Shown here piece after piece: positions 1 through 8,687 of a DNA stretch of 64,000 bases. A program made the position numbers and the translations under genes. Under the pieces are notes generated by a model. It was given only the letters and a program-made list of their open reading frames with translations, did not search any database and had not been told where the DNA came from. Within the stretch, counting starts at the first letter, position 1. The number at the start of each line of letters is the position of its first letter. The DNA is from Gemmatimonadota bacterium. GTDB lineage: Bacteria; Gemmatimonadota; Gemmatimonadetes; Gemmatimonadales; Gemmatimonadaceae. The stretch spans positions 11,741 through 75,740 of the forward strand of contig CAUJFW010000239.1 of assembly GCA_963170075.1 (NCBI GenBank), written 5' to 3'.

Positions 1-95
1 AACAGACTCCCGTCCCGCACGCGGAGATCGACACCCTTGAGCGCCGGTTCGGCCTGCCCCGGATAGCGAAAGGTGACGCCGCGAAGTTCGATCAC
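1..95 (-). CDS. ABC transporter ATP-binding protein, N-terminus only (runs off window edge)
   Basis: Not in the ORF track. GTG at 95 overlaps the methyltransferase stop (GTGA) and translates VIELRGVTFRYPGQAEPALKGVDLRVRDGSL, a typical ABC ATPase start just before Walker A. Confidence 0.8.
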   Translation of the reverse strand, partial: MIELRGVTFRYPGQAEPALKGVDLRVRDGSL

Positions 96-1168
96 GCCGT
101 TTGGCAGACCAGCAGCGTCTGACACACGCCGATATGATCGGTCTGCTCCACAATGCGCAGGCCCGCACGCTCCACGAGTTTGAGAAGCACGTCGGCGGCA
201 TACATCTGGCTGTTGCCGTTGGCGAGACTGGTGAAATAGAGCGATGTCATCTGCAGCGAAAACGCCGCCACTTCTCGCCGCTGACGGTCCCAGAACGGCT
301 CCATGATGAACACCAGCGTGTCGTCGGTGATCGCGGCGCGCACCTTCTCGAGAATGCCGACGATCTGATCGTCGGAGAAACAGTCGAGGAACTGGCTCAT
401 CCACACCGCGTCGTAACCGGTGGGCAGCGGCTTGTTCGCGTCCAGCAAGTCGGTGGGGTGGAACGACACGCGGTCGGTAAAGCCGTGCTCCTGCATGGTG
501 CCTTCGGCCAGCTTCACCATGTTGGGCAGATCGGCGATGCCCATGCGGATTCCGGGGTCGTACCGCAGACACTGCAGCGAAAAGCGCCCGGTGTTGCCGC
601 CGATATCGAGAATCGACCGCGGACCGTGCCGGGCGATCATCGGCATCACCAGCGGATAGGCGTCGTCAGAATAGAAGTGATCGAACGCATACCAACTGCG
701 TGTGGCCGCGGGCGGCAGGTATGCCAGCCCCTGATAAATGGTGCTCCAGTTGCCGAAGACACCAAGCCCTGCCGGACGCTGCTCCACGATGGACTCTTCC
801 AGCTTGCCCATGCCGTCGTAGCAGACGTCATGCGAGAAGTCCATGTTGGCAATGGTCATCTTGTCCTTGAGGATGAACCATCCCGTTTTGGTGAGCTTGT
901 ACACACCATCGCAGCAGGTGAGCAGGCCGATCCCCAACCCCGCCTCGAGCAGCACGCGCACGCCGTACTCGCTGAGCGCGCGCTCCTGCACGATCGCGTC
1001 CTGGGTCGCCCCGCCGGTCCGGTCGAGCATCGCCAGAATGCCCAGATTGCGCAGCGCGCGTGCCGCCTGAAACACCATCGGCGCAAACGCGATATGCTGC
1101 GCTTTCGTGATCGCGTCGGCGGCCGAGAGCGCATCCGTCTCGAAGTACGGCTGTGTCACAGTGGTCAC
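92..1168 (-). CDS. SAM-dependent O-methyltransferase (APE/flexirubin-cluster type)
   Basis: N-terminal dimerisation helix-turn-helix region, SAM motif LDIGGNTG, VWMSQFLDCFS. Start trimmed from the track (1282) to GTG at 1168; the start is uncertain. Confidence 0.85.
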   Translation of the reverse strand: MTTVTQPYFETDALSAADAITKAQHIAFAPMVFQAARALRNLGILAMLDRTGGATQDAIVQERALSEYGVRVLLEAGLGIGLLTCCDGVYKLTKTGWFILKDKMTIANMDFSHDVCYDGMGKLEESIVEQRPAGLGVFGNWSTIYQGLAYLPPAATRSWYAFDHFYSDDAYPLVMPMIARHGPRSILDIGGNTGRFSLQCLRYDPGIRMGIADLPNMVKLAEGTMQEHGFTDRVSFHPTDLLDANKPLPTGYDAVWMSQFLDCFSDDQIVGILEKVRAAITDDTLVFIMEPFWDRQRREVAAFSLQMTSLYFTSLANGNSQMYAADVLLKLVERAGLRIVEQTDHIGVCQTLLVCQTA

Positions 1169-1210
1169 GGGCAATTCCGGAGAGAGGCGGTGAGGCACGC
1201 GCCGCGCGCG

Positions 1211-1245
1211 ATCACAGGCGTAATCACAGGCGTAATCACAGGCGT
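1211..1245. repeat. 12-bp tandem repeat x3 (ATCACAGGCGTA) containing the upstream gene's stop codon
   Basis: Read directly: atcacaggcgta atcacaggcgta atcacaggcgt. Confidence 0.9.
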
Positions 1246-2462
1246 TTGAACACGAGCGACGTGTTGATGCCGCCGAACGCAAAGTTGTTGCTCACGACGT
1301 AACTGCAATCGAGTGCGCGTCCGGCGCCGACGATGTAGTCGAGCGGCGCACACCGCGGGTCCACCTCGGTGAGATTGATCGTCGGCGAGACCCAGCCGTC
1401 GCGCATCATCTCAATCGTCATCCACGCCTCGAGTGCACCGCAGGCGCCCAGCGTGTGCCCCATGTAACTCTTGAGCGAACTGACCGGCATGCGCTCGCCG
1501 TACACGGCGTTGGTGGCGTGACTCTCCGCCACATCGCCCTGGTCGGTTGCGGTGCCGTGCGCATTCACGTAGCCCACCTCGCTGGCCGGCAACGCTGCAT
1601 CGTCGAGTGCCAGGCGCATCGCCTGACGCATCATGTGTGTGTTGGGCGCGGTGATGTGCGTGCCGTCGGAGTTGGTACCAAAGCCGACGATCTCCGCGTA
1701 CATGCGTGCACCGCGCGCCACCGCGTGTTCGTACTCCTCGAGAATGAGCGTGCCCGCGCCTTCACCCAGCACCAGCCCATCACGCGCCGCATCGAAGGGC
1801 CGTGGTGTGGCCGACGGGTCGTTGTTGCGCACGCTCGTGGCATACAGCGTGTCGAAGATGGCGGCCTGCGTGACATCGAGTTCTTCGGCGCCACCCGCAA
1901 TCATCGCCGTCTGCCGTCCCGACTTCACGGCTTCATACGCGTAGCCGATCCCCTGACTGCCCGACGTGCATGCGCTCGACGTGGTGACCACGCGCCCCGT
2001 GACACCGAGATACACCCCGATGTTCACCGGCGCGGTGTGGCTCATCATCTTGATGTACGTGGTCGCGTTGATGCCTTCGGTGCGTTTCTGCGTGAGCATG
2101 CGCAGAAATTCCGCCAACGCCGACGGCGATCCGGACGACGATCCGTAGGCGACACCCATGTCGCCGCTCTTGACGAACGGATCGCCCAGCAATCCGGCGT
2201 CCTCGAGCGCCCGCTCGGCCGTGAGCGTCGCCATGAGCGCCACGCGCCCCATGCTGCGGGTACTCTTGCGATTGAAGTGGTGCGGCAGATCGAACGGCGC
2301 CGCCGGCGCGCCAAGGTTGGTGTTGAGCCCTTCGTACTGTCGCCAGTCGTCGATGATGCACACGGCATTCTTGCCGCTTTCCAGATGTGCGCGCACCGTG
2401 CGCCAGTCGTGCCCCAGCGGACTGATACAGGCCATCCCGGTCACCACGACCCGCTTGGTCAT
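1236..2462 (-). CDS. Beta-ketoacyl-ACP synthase (FabF-like; APE elongation KS, ApeR-like)
   Basis: Starts MTKRVVVTG. Cys-His-His triad motifs SSACTSG, NAHGTAT, KSYMGHTLG; ends SNNFAFGGINTSLVF. ATG at 2462 overlaps the KR stop. Confidence 0.93.
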   Translation of the reverse strand: MTKRVVVTGMACISPLGHDWRTVRAHLESGKNAVCIIDDWRQYEGLNTNLGAPAAPFDLPHHFNRKSTRSMGRVALMATLTAERALEDAGLLGDPFVKSGDMGVAYGSSSGSPSALAEFLRMLTQKRTEGINATTYIKMMSHTAPVNIGVYLGVTGRVVTTSSACTSGSQGIGYAYEAVKSGRQTAMIAGGAEELDVTQAAIFDTLYATSVRNNDPSATPRPFDAARDGLVLGEGAGTLILEEYEHAVARGARMYAEIVGFGTNSDGTHITAPNTHMMRQAMRLALDDAALPASEVGYVNAHGTATDQGDVAESHATNAVYGERMPVSSLKSYMGHTLGACGALEAWMTIEMMRDGWVSPTINLTEVDPRCAPLDYIVGAGRALDCSYVVSNNFAFGGINTSLVFKRL

Positions 2463-3184
2463 GACAGCCCGCCGTCCACACCGATCACCTGACGCGTGAT
2501 GTACGCGGCGCCTGGCGACATGAGGAAACTCACGACCGCCGCCACTTCCTCGGCGGCGCCAATGCGCTTGAGCGGGATGTGTTCGATGATCCGGTCGACC
2601 GGCATATCCTGCGTCATCTCGGTGGCAATCATACCGGGCGCCACGCAATTGACCGTGATCTGGCGCGACGCGAGTTCGAGTGCGAGTGCCTTGGTGGCGC
2701 CAATGATGCCGGCCTTGGCGGCGCTGTAGTTCACCTGACCGCGATTGCCCAGCACGCCCGACACCGATGAGAGCGTGACGATGCGTCCCGGCGCACGTCG
2801 GCGCACCATCGGCATCGAGAGCGGATGCAGAATGTTGTAAAAGCCGTCGAGATTGGTGCGCAGCACATCGTCCCAGTCGTCGCCCGACATGGCCGGAAAG
2901 ACGTTGTCTCGCGCGATACCCGCGTTGCACACCACGCCGTAGTAGCAGCCGTGTGCTTCGACATCGGCCAGCAGCGTCTCGGCAGCCATCTCGCGGTCAC
3001 GCACATCAAACTGCAAAATGCGGCAGCTCCGCCCCATCGATTCGACGATCTGCTGCACCTCGATGGCTTCGTCGCGGCGCGCGCGGCAATGCAGCACCAC
3101 GTTGAATCCGTCGCGGGCCAACGTAATGGCGATTGCGCGACCGATCCCCCGGCTGGACCCGGTGACCAACACCGTCTCACTCAT
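2459..3184 (-). CDS. 3-oxoacyl-ACP reductase (FabG-like SDR, ApeQ-like)
   Basis: TGSSRGIG Rossmann motif, NAG, YSAAKAG catalytic YxxxK. Confidence 0.95.
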   Translation of the reverse strand: MSETVLVTGSSRGIGRAIAITLARDGFNVVLHCRARRDEAIEVQQIVESMGRSCRILQFDVRDREMAAETLLADVEAHGCYYGVVCNAGIARDNVFPAMSGDDWDDVLRTNLDGFYNILHPLSMPMVRRRAPGRIVTLSSVSGVLGNRGQVNYSAAKAGIIGATKALALELASRQITVNCVAPGMIATEMTQDMPVDRIIEHIPLKRIGAAEEVAAVVSFLMSPGAAYITRQVIGVDGGLS

Positions 3185-3202
3185 CGGACACTCGTGACCG
3201 CA

Positions 3203-3661
3203 TCAGACGCGGCTCGTGTGCAGAAACTGCTGCACGTCATGCGGTTGAAAAACAGCGAGCGTGGCATCGATCGCAATGCCGACCCCTCGCACGGTACCGG
3301 AAAACGAACCCAGTCCACTGTCGTCCTGCAGCTCGCGCACCACGGTCACCTGCATGGTCGCGCCCACGGGCAACTGCGGCACGTTGCAGGTGAAGTGCCG
3401 GCTGCCAATGAGAAATCCCACCTTGGGCGGTTCACCGCGCGTGCGGGCGTCGCATCCCGCGAACGCCGCAATGGCCTGCGCCATGTACTCGAGGGCCACC
3501 CACGTACCCACATGACCTGCACGCACAAACGGACTGTCCGGGCGTATCGTGAGTTCCGCCGTCAGCGACTCGTCGTCGTATTGCACCACGCGATCGAGCA
3601 GCAGCATACGCTCGGTGTGCGGCACCACTTCTGCGACGGGGGGCATGGCGAGCATCGTCAT
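3203..3661 (-). CDS. Hotdog-fold 3-hydroxyacyl-ACP dehydratase (ApeP-like)
   Basis: VPHTERMLLLD, EYMAQAIAA and GFLIGSR motifs of the FabA-like APE dehydratase; translationally coupled to the KS gene. Confidence 0.88.
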   Translation of the reverse strand: MTMLAMPPVAEVVPHTERMLLLDRVVQYDDESLTAELTIRPDSPFVRAGHVGTWVALEYMAQAIAAFAGCDARTRGEPPKVGFLIGSRHFTCNVPQLPVGATMQVTVVRELQDDSGLGSFSGTVRGVGIAIDATLAVFQPHDVQQFLHTSRV

Positions 3662-4845
3662 GATTCACGCCCGAACACGAGGGCGGCGTTGGCACCGCCA
3701 AAGGCAAACGACGTGGAAAGCGTGGTGCGTGGCGGACGCCCCAACCGTTCACCCGGCACCACCTGATGGAGCGCTGGAATGTTGGCATCGGCGGCGCCGT
3801 CCCAGAGATGCGGTGGCAGCAGCCCGTCGCCATTGTCGTCCTGCATCGTGAGCCAGCAGATGGCCGCTTCGATGGCACCCGCCGCACCGAGCGTGTGTCC
3901 CGTAAGCGGCTTGGTGCCACTCACGGCGCAGGCGTCGCCGAAGATCGTGTGCACCACCGCGCCTTCCATCTCGTCATTCGCCTTCGAGCCGGTCGCGTGC
4001 AGGTTCACATATTCCACGTCACCGGCGGTGCGATCGGCGCGCGCGAGCGCCGCCTCGATCGCCAGCGTGGCACCGCGGCCCGAGGGATCGGGCGCGGAAA
4101 AGTGATGGCCGTCCGACGACTCGCCCCAGCCCAACAACCGAACCGTAGCCGGCTCGCGCGTCATGAGAAACAGCGCCGCCGCTTCGCCGATGTTGATCCC
4201 GTCGCGGTTGGCCGAAAACGGATTGCAGCGCGTGGCACTCACGAGATTGAGCGACGAAAATCCGGCCACGGTGAACGCGCACAGTGAATCCACGCCGCCG
4301 GTGATCACCGCATCGGCGAGGCCCATGCCGAGCAGCCGTGCCGCACTGGCCATCGCTTTGGCGCCCGACGCGCAGGCGCTCGAATGCACGTACGCCGGCC
4401 CGCGGGTGCCGAATTCGAGACTCAAGAACGCTGCCACCGACCCCAGCTCCTGCTGGGCGAGCGCGAAGCTCTGCGGCAGGGCTCCGGCCGCCACGTATTC
4501 ACGAATCGCCGTTTCGCTCTCGCCGATGCCCGAGGTGCTGGTGCCGACCACCACGGCCACACGCGACGCGCCATACCGCGCAATCGCGGCCTCGATGACG
4601 GGGCGCAACTGGTTGGCAGCCGCCAGCGCCAGCTGGTTGTTGCGGCTGCGCACGGCAACGGGGTGCGAGGCCAGCGACGGCAGCGAGGTGGTGACCAAGC
4701 CCACGGGCAATTCCCGCCCCGGCGAAAAGACCGCCGAGGGCAATACCCCGCTGTCCGCCGCGAACACGCGCCGCGCGACGTCCGCGCGGGACGCACCGAC
4801 GGCGCACACCACACCAACCTCGTTGAGGTAGGACGCGGCCTTCAC
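3658..4845 (-). CDS. Beta-ketoacyl-ACP synthase (ApeO-like)
   Basis: SSACASG, NLHATG, KPLTGHTLG motifs. GTG at 4845 overlaps the lipoprotein stop (GTGA). Confidence 0.92.
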   Translation of the reverse strand: MKAASYLNEVGVVCAVGASRADVARRVFAADSGVLPSAVFSPGRELPVGLVTTSLPSLASHPVAVRSRNNQLALAAANQLRPVIEAAIARYGASRVAVVVGTSTSGIGESETAIREYVAAGALPQSFALAQQELGSVAAFLSLEFGTRGPAYVHSSACASGAKAMASAARLLGMGLADAVITGGVDSLCAFTVAGFSSLNLVSATRCNPFSANRDGINIGEAAALFLMTREPATVRLLGWGESSDGHHFSAPDPSGRGATLAIEAALARADRTAGDVEYVNLHATGSKANDEMEGAVVHTIFGDACAVSGTKPLTGHTLGAAGAIEAAICWLTMQDDNGDGLLPPHLWDGAADANIPALHQVVPGERLGRPPRTTLSTSFAFGGANAALVFGRES

Positions 4846-5402
4846 TTGTTCTCCGGCACCGTGGTAATCACCAGACGATATCCGAATTGATGATTCTGCA
4901 GCGTGACCTTGCCCTTCCAACGCGGCATCGTGTCGTACGTGATGTTCGTGATTTCGTCCGCACCCTTGAGCAGGGTTCTGGCGTTGGGCGCGTCTCGTAG
5001 CGACCACCCCGATGGCAACGCGGCACGGACTGCGTCGGCGGGCCAGAGCGAGAGTTGCATGTCCGACAGGATATCGCTGCCGCGGACGTCGCGCGGAAGC
5101 ATCGGACTGCGTGCTTCATCAAGCTTTGTGCCGTCGTACCGCAGCGTGAACAGTCGCGTCCCGAACCCAAGCGCCACCAGCGTGACCATATCCGGCGACA
5201 CTTCGAGCACGGCATCGAAATCGACGATGCGACCATCGCGCTCGACGTGCACCCGCTGCTGGACGCTCAGACTGCCGGCAAAGCTGACCGGCGACAACGC
5301 CAACAACGGTCGATCGTCCGGCACGGGCGGCGCCGCGGCGGCGCCGCGGCACGCCGTCACCAGCACGAGCGCCAGCGCCAGCCGACGCCGAAGCTGGGGC
5401 AT
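4842..5402 (-). CDS. DUF3261-like lipoprotein (ApeN-like)
   Basis: Signal peptide MPQLRRRLALALVLVTAC with lipobox Cys; LVALGFGTRLFTLRYDG and DMQLSLWP segments; same position as in APE clusters. Confidence 0.75.
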   Translation of the reverse strand: MPQLRRRLALALVLVTACRGAAAAPPVPDDRPLLALSPVSFAGSLSVQQRVHVERDGRIVDFDAVLEVSPDMVTLVALGFGTRLFTLRYDGTKLDEARSPMLPRDVRGSDILSDMQLSLWPADAVRAALPSGWSLRDAPNARTLLKGADEITNITYDTMPRWKGKVTLQNHQFGYRLVITTVPENK

Positions 5403-5596
5403 CACGCGCCACGGGTGTACCGATCTGACGCCGTCGCGCGGGCGGGCAGGCGCGACAGATCGCGAAAACTGAGCCAAAAACAATACCGCGTGGGTCGTGG
5501 GATGTGTGCTGCGAAGCGGGATGGTCAAAATATCCATCGCGCCCTCTCGGCGCAGCGGGAACAGGCGCGCAATGTCGGGCGCTAGATTCGCCCATC

Positions 5597-6409
5597 ATGG
5601 ATCTGCCGTCCCGACCATCCCGTCTGGGCGAACGCTTGCTGTGGCTCACGCTGGCGATCGCACTCACCGTCGCGCTGCTGGCGGTGAGGGGCGTGCTGTC
5701 CGGGCCCCAGGCCGCGATGGGCGTGTTGCCGCTGGCCGCCGTCATTGCGATGGGCGTCAGCCGTCAGCAATCGGGCGTCTTCGCGCAACCGCTGCTTCGC
5801 GTACACACCGCTCGACCGGAGCTCGCACTCACCTTTGACGACGGGCCTGATCCGCGATGGACGCCCGCATTGCTCGATCTGCTCGAGGCGGGCGGACACC
5901 GGGCCACCTTCTTCGTGATTGGCGCCCGCGCCGCGCAGCATACCGACTTGCTGGCGGAGATCGCGAAACGCGGGCACGAACTCGCCAACCACACCTGGTC
6001 GCACTCGTACCTGACGGTCTTTCAGTCGCCGGACACGCTGGCGCGCGACCTCGATCGCACCAACCAGGTGATCGAAGCCGCAGCCGGACGCGTGCCGCGC
6101 TGGTTTCGCCCGCCGGTTGGTCTTTTGTCGCCCCGGGTGCCGCTGGGGGTTCGTCGGGCGGGACTCGAGCTGGTGGCGTGGACTGCCACCGCCCGCGATG
6201 GCGTGGCGCGCACGTCCACGGCCGAAGCGATGGCCCGGCTGGAACCGGCGATCGTCGCCGGCGCCATTCTGGTCATGCACGATGCACCCGTCGCCGGCGA
6301 CCGCCCGCTGATCGTGCTCGAGCTGACTCGGCAGCTGCTGGGCCGCATGGAGACCGAGAATTTGGTGTCCGTGACGTTGTCAGAACTTTGCGAGCCCGGC
6401 CTGCGTTGA
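5597..6409 (+). CDS. Membrane-anchored polysaccharide deacetylase (NodB/CE4)
   Basis: LTFDDGP, HELANHTWSH, FRPPVG and ILVMHD motifs; two N-terminal hydrophobic segments. Confidence 0.9.
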   Translation: MDLPSRPSRLGERLLWLTLAIALTVALLAVRGVLSGPQAAMGVLPLAAVIAMGVSRQQSGVFAQPLLRVHTARPELALTFDDGPDPRWTPALLDLLEAGGHRATFFVIGARAAQHTDLLAEIAKRGHELANHTWSHSYLTVFQSPDTLARDLDRTNQVIEAAAGRVPRWFRPPVGLLSPRVPLGVRRAGLELVAWTATARDGVARTSTAEAMARLEPAIVAGAILVMHDAPVAGDRPLIVLELTRQLLGRMETENLVSVTLSELCEPGLR

Positions 6410-6630
6410 GCCGATCGGCGCATCGACGCGGCATCGGGCGGGATTGCGAATGCTTCGCTTACGAACGACAAGAAACGCGTAGAATCTCCTATACACCTGA
6501 CCATTGTGGTTCTTGTACGAACTACACGAATACCGCAAAAATCATCGAGAGTCCGGCTTCGCAATCGACCGCGCGGACAGCGGTAGCCGTCCAAGTGGCG
6601 CGCTGAATTTCCCTCCCCTACACTGTCTGC

Positions 6631-7383
6631 ATGACACACCCTGCCCCCTCGCAGCGAATCCAGTTCAGCATCGCACGTCTCGAAGCGTGGGCCCCCGACG
6701 TGGCCACGGCCGACCAGTGGGAGGAGTGGATTCGGGGCGAGCGCGCCATCGGCGAGACAGGTGAGCCGGCGCTGTCGCAGATGCCGGCGATGCTGCGCCG
6801 CCATGCGGGCCGGCTAGGACGCCTGTCCTGCGATGTCGCGTACCGTGTGCTGGGCGACCTGACCAACGTCCCGATGGTGTTCTGCTCGCGCTACGGCGAG
6901 GTACACCGGTCGGTGGACTTGCTCACGCTGCTGGCCAACGCGCAGGATCTCTCGCCCACATCCTTCGGGCTGTCAGTGCACAACGCGATCGTGGGGCTGT
7001 TTTCCATGGCGCGCAAAGACACCGCCAATGCCATCGCCATCGCCGCCGGGGACGAGTCGGCCGAGTTCGGCATCGTCGAGGCGTGCACACTGCTGGCGGA
7101 CGGCGCGTCCGCGGTGCTGCTTGTGGTGGCCGACTGTCCGTTGCCATCCATCTATGATGGCTTCGTCGATCATGATCCTGTCGCCTTGGCGTGGGCCTGC
7201 CTGATGGTGCCAGCCGCGGAGGATGCCGTGACGCTCGAATGGGAAACGCGCGACGACGACGGCCACTCCGCCGAACGACTCCCGTCCGCTCAGGTGGGGG
7301 CGCTGCGGTTTCTGCTCGGCCGCGAACGTGAGTTTGTGCAGGGCGGTGACCATCGGCTGTGGCGGTGGCGGCGCGATGCGTAG
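6631..7383 (+). CDS. Beta-ketoacyl synthase chain-length factor (ApeC-like)
   Basis: Short KS-fold protein with MLRRHAGRLGR, VFCSRYGE and LSPTSFGLSVHNA; no catalytic Cys motif. Confidence 0.85.
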   Translation: MTHPAPSQRIQFSIARLEAWAPDVATADQWEEWIRGERAIGETGEPALSQMPAMLRRHAGRLGRLSCDVAYRVLGDLTNVPMVFCSRYGEVHRSVDLLTLLANAQDLSPTSFGLSVHNAIVGLFSMARKDTANAIAIAAGDESAEFGIVEACTLLADGASAVLLVVADCPLPSIYDGFVDHDPVALAWACLMVPAAEDAVTLEWETRDDDGHSAERLPSAQVGALRFLLGREREFVQGGDHRLWRWRRDA

Positions 7384-8155
7384 GCACCTGGATCACGCGT
7401 GGCGGGTGTTCGCCACCGGATTCAGCTTCTTCGTCTTTGGACTGGCGGGACTGGTTCTGGGGTTGGTGGTCTTTCCAGTCCTCAGCGTCATCGTCCGCCA
7501 CGGTGAGACCCGCACGCGGGTGTGCCGCGAGACCATCTCCTGGACGTTTCGGCGATTTGTGGGCCTGATGCGCGGTCTGGGGCTGCTGCGCTATGACCTG
7601 ATCGAGTTTGAGCGCCTCGATCGCCGAGGGCTTCTGGTACTGGCCAACCACCCCTCGCTGATCGACACCGTCTTCTTGCTCGGGTTCATTCGCAACTGCA
7701 CCTGCGTGGTCGACGAGCATCTGTTCGAAAACCGGTTTACCGCGCGTCCGCTGGTGGCGGCCGGTTTCATTCGAAACAGCGCCGGTACCGATGTCTTCAC
7801 CCAGTGCATTGCGGCGCTCGACGCCGGGCTGAATGTGCTCATTTTTCCGGAAGGCACCCGAACGCGTCTGGATGGGGTCATCCGTCTGCGCCGTGGCGCG
7901 GCTAATATTGCAGTGCGTGCCGAGCGGAACGTCACGCCCGTTATCATTCGGTGCACGCCGCGCACGTTGGTGAAGGGTGAGAAATGGTGGCAGGTTCCTC
8001 CTCGGCCCCCCTCTTTCTCACTCAGAGTCGGCGACGATATCGCGGTGCAGTCCTTCAGCCACGAGGAGGACGCGCCGGCCCTCGCAGTCCGCCGGCTGAC
8101 GGCACATCTGGAACAGTATTTCACCTCGGAGAGCGTTGCGCATGCAGTCCCTTGA
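7376..8155 (+). CDS. PlsC-family acyltransferase (ApeD-like)
   Basis: ANHPSLID (HX4D) and IFPEGTR motifs. Confidence 0.9.
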   Translation: MRRHLDHAWRVFATGFSFFVFGLAGLVLGLVVFPVLSVIVRHGETRTRVCRETISWTFRRFVGLMRGLGLLRYDLIEFERLDRRGLLVLANHPSLIDTVFLLGFIRNCTCVVDEHLFENRFTARPLVAAGFIRNSAGTDVFTQCIAALDAGLNVLIFPEGTRTRLDGVIRLRRGAANIAVRAERNVTPVIIRCTPRTLVKGEKWWQVPPRPPSFSLRVGDDIAVQSFSHEEDAPALAVRRLTAHLEQYFTSESVAHAVP

Positions 8156-8399
8156 GACCGAAGTCAAGCAACTGATCATCGACTCGCTTCAGTTGGAGGA
8201 CATGACGCCCGAGGATATCGACACCGATGCGCCGCTGTTCGTGGAAGGGCTGGGGCTCGATTCCATCGACGCCCTCGAACTGGGCATGGCGATTCGCAAG
8301 AAGTACGACATTCAGCTCTCCGGCGAACCCGAAGAGTCGCGCAAGCACTTTGCCTCGGTGCGTGCATTGACGGCGCTCATTGCCGGCCAGACCACGTGA
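8142..8399 (+). CDS. Acyl carrier protein 1
   Basis: GLGLDSIDALE phosphopantetheine site; GGAGAG RBS upstream of ATG 8142. Confidence 0.93.
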   Translation: MQSLETEVKQLIIDSLQLEDMTPEDIDTDAPLFVEGLGLDSIDALELGMAIRKKYDIQLSGEPEESRKHFASVRALTALIAGQTT

Positions 8400-8677
8400 C
8401 CAGCATGGCCATGACTCAGGAGCAGATTCTCCAGCTGATCACCGAGGGGCTCACGAGCACGTTTCAGCTCGACCCGTCGCGCATCACGCTGGACGCGACG
8501 TTGTACGATGACCTCGACATCGACAGCATCGATGCCGTCGATCTGGCGGCCAAACTGCAACGCGCCACCGGCACACGGCTGTCCCCCGAAGTCTTCAAGT
8601 CGGTGCGCACGGTGGGCGATCTCGTCACCGCGCTCGACGGACTGCTCAATAGCGCACACAGCGCCCCATCGGCCTGA
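8396..8677 (+). CDS. Acyl carrier protein 2
   Basis: DLDIDSIDAVDL motif; tandem ACP pair typical of APE clusters. Start may be 8405. Confidence 0.92.
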   Translation: MTSMAMTQEQILQLITEGLTSTFQLDPSRITLDATLYDDLDIDSIDAVDLAAKLQRATGTRLSPEVFKSVRTVGDLVTALDGLLNSAHSAPSA

Positions 8678-8687
8678 CCGCGACGCC

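Noticed and set aside
1236-2930. Track ORF of 564 aa as a long ketosynthase (similarly the over-long starts at 5007, 8508, 9617, 10891, 11951, 24109, 42865, 44010, 48044, 57030 and 60727)
   Set aside because: The extensions overlap neighbouring genes and read as low-complexity Arg/Ala/Gly text. Family similarity begins at downstream starts that usually overlap the previous stop codon or have an RBS.
1236-3184. Assigning fabF/fabG symbols as housekeeping fatty-acid synthesis
   Set aside because: The context (CLF, tandem ACPs, MMPL, LolA) indicates a specialised pathway, so symbols were withheld.
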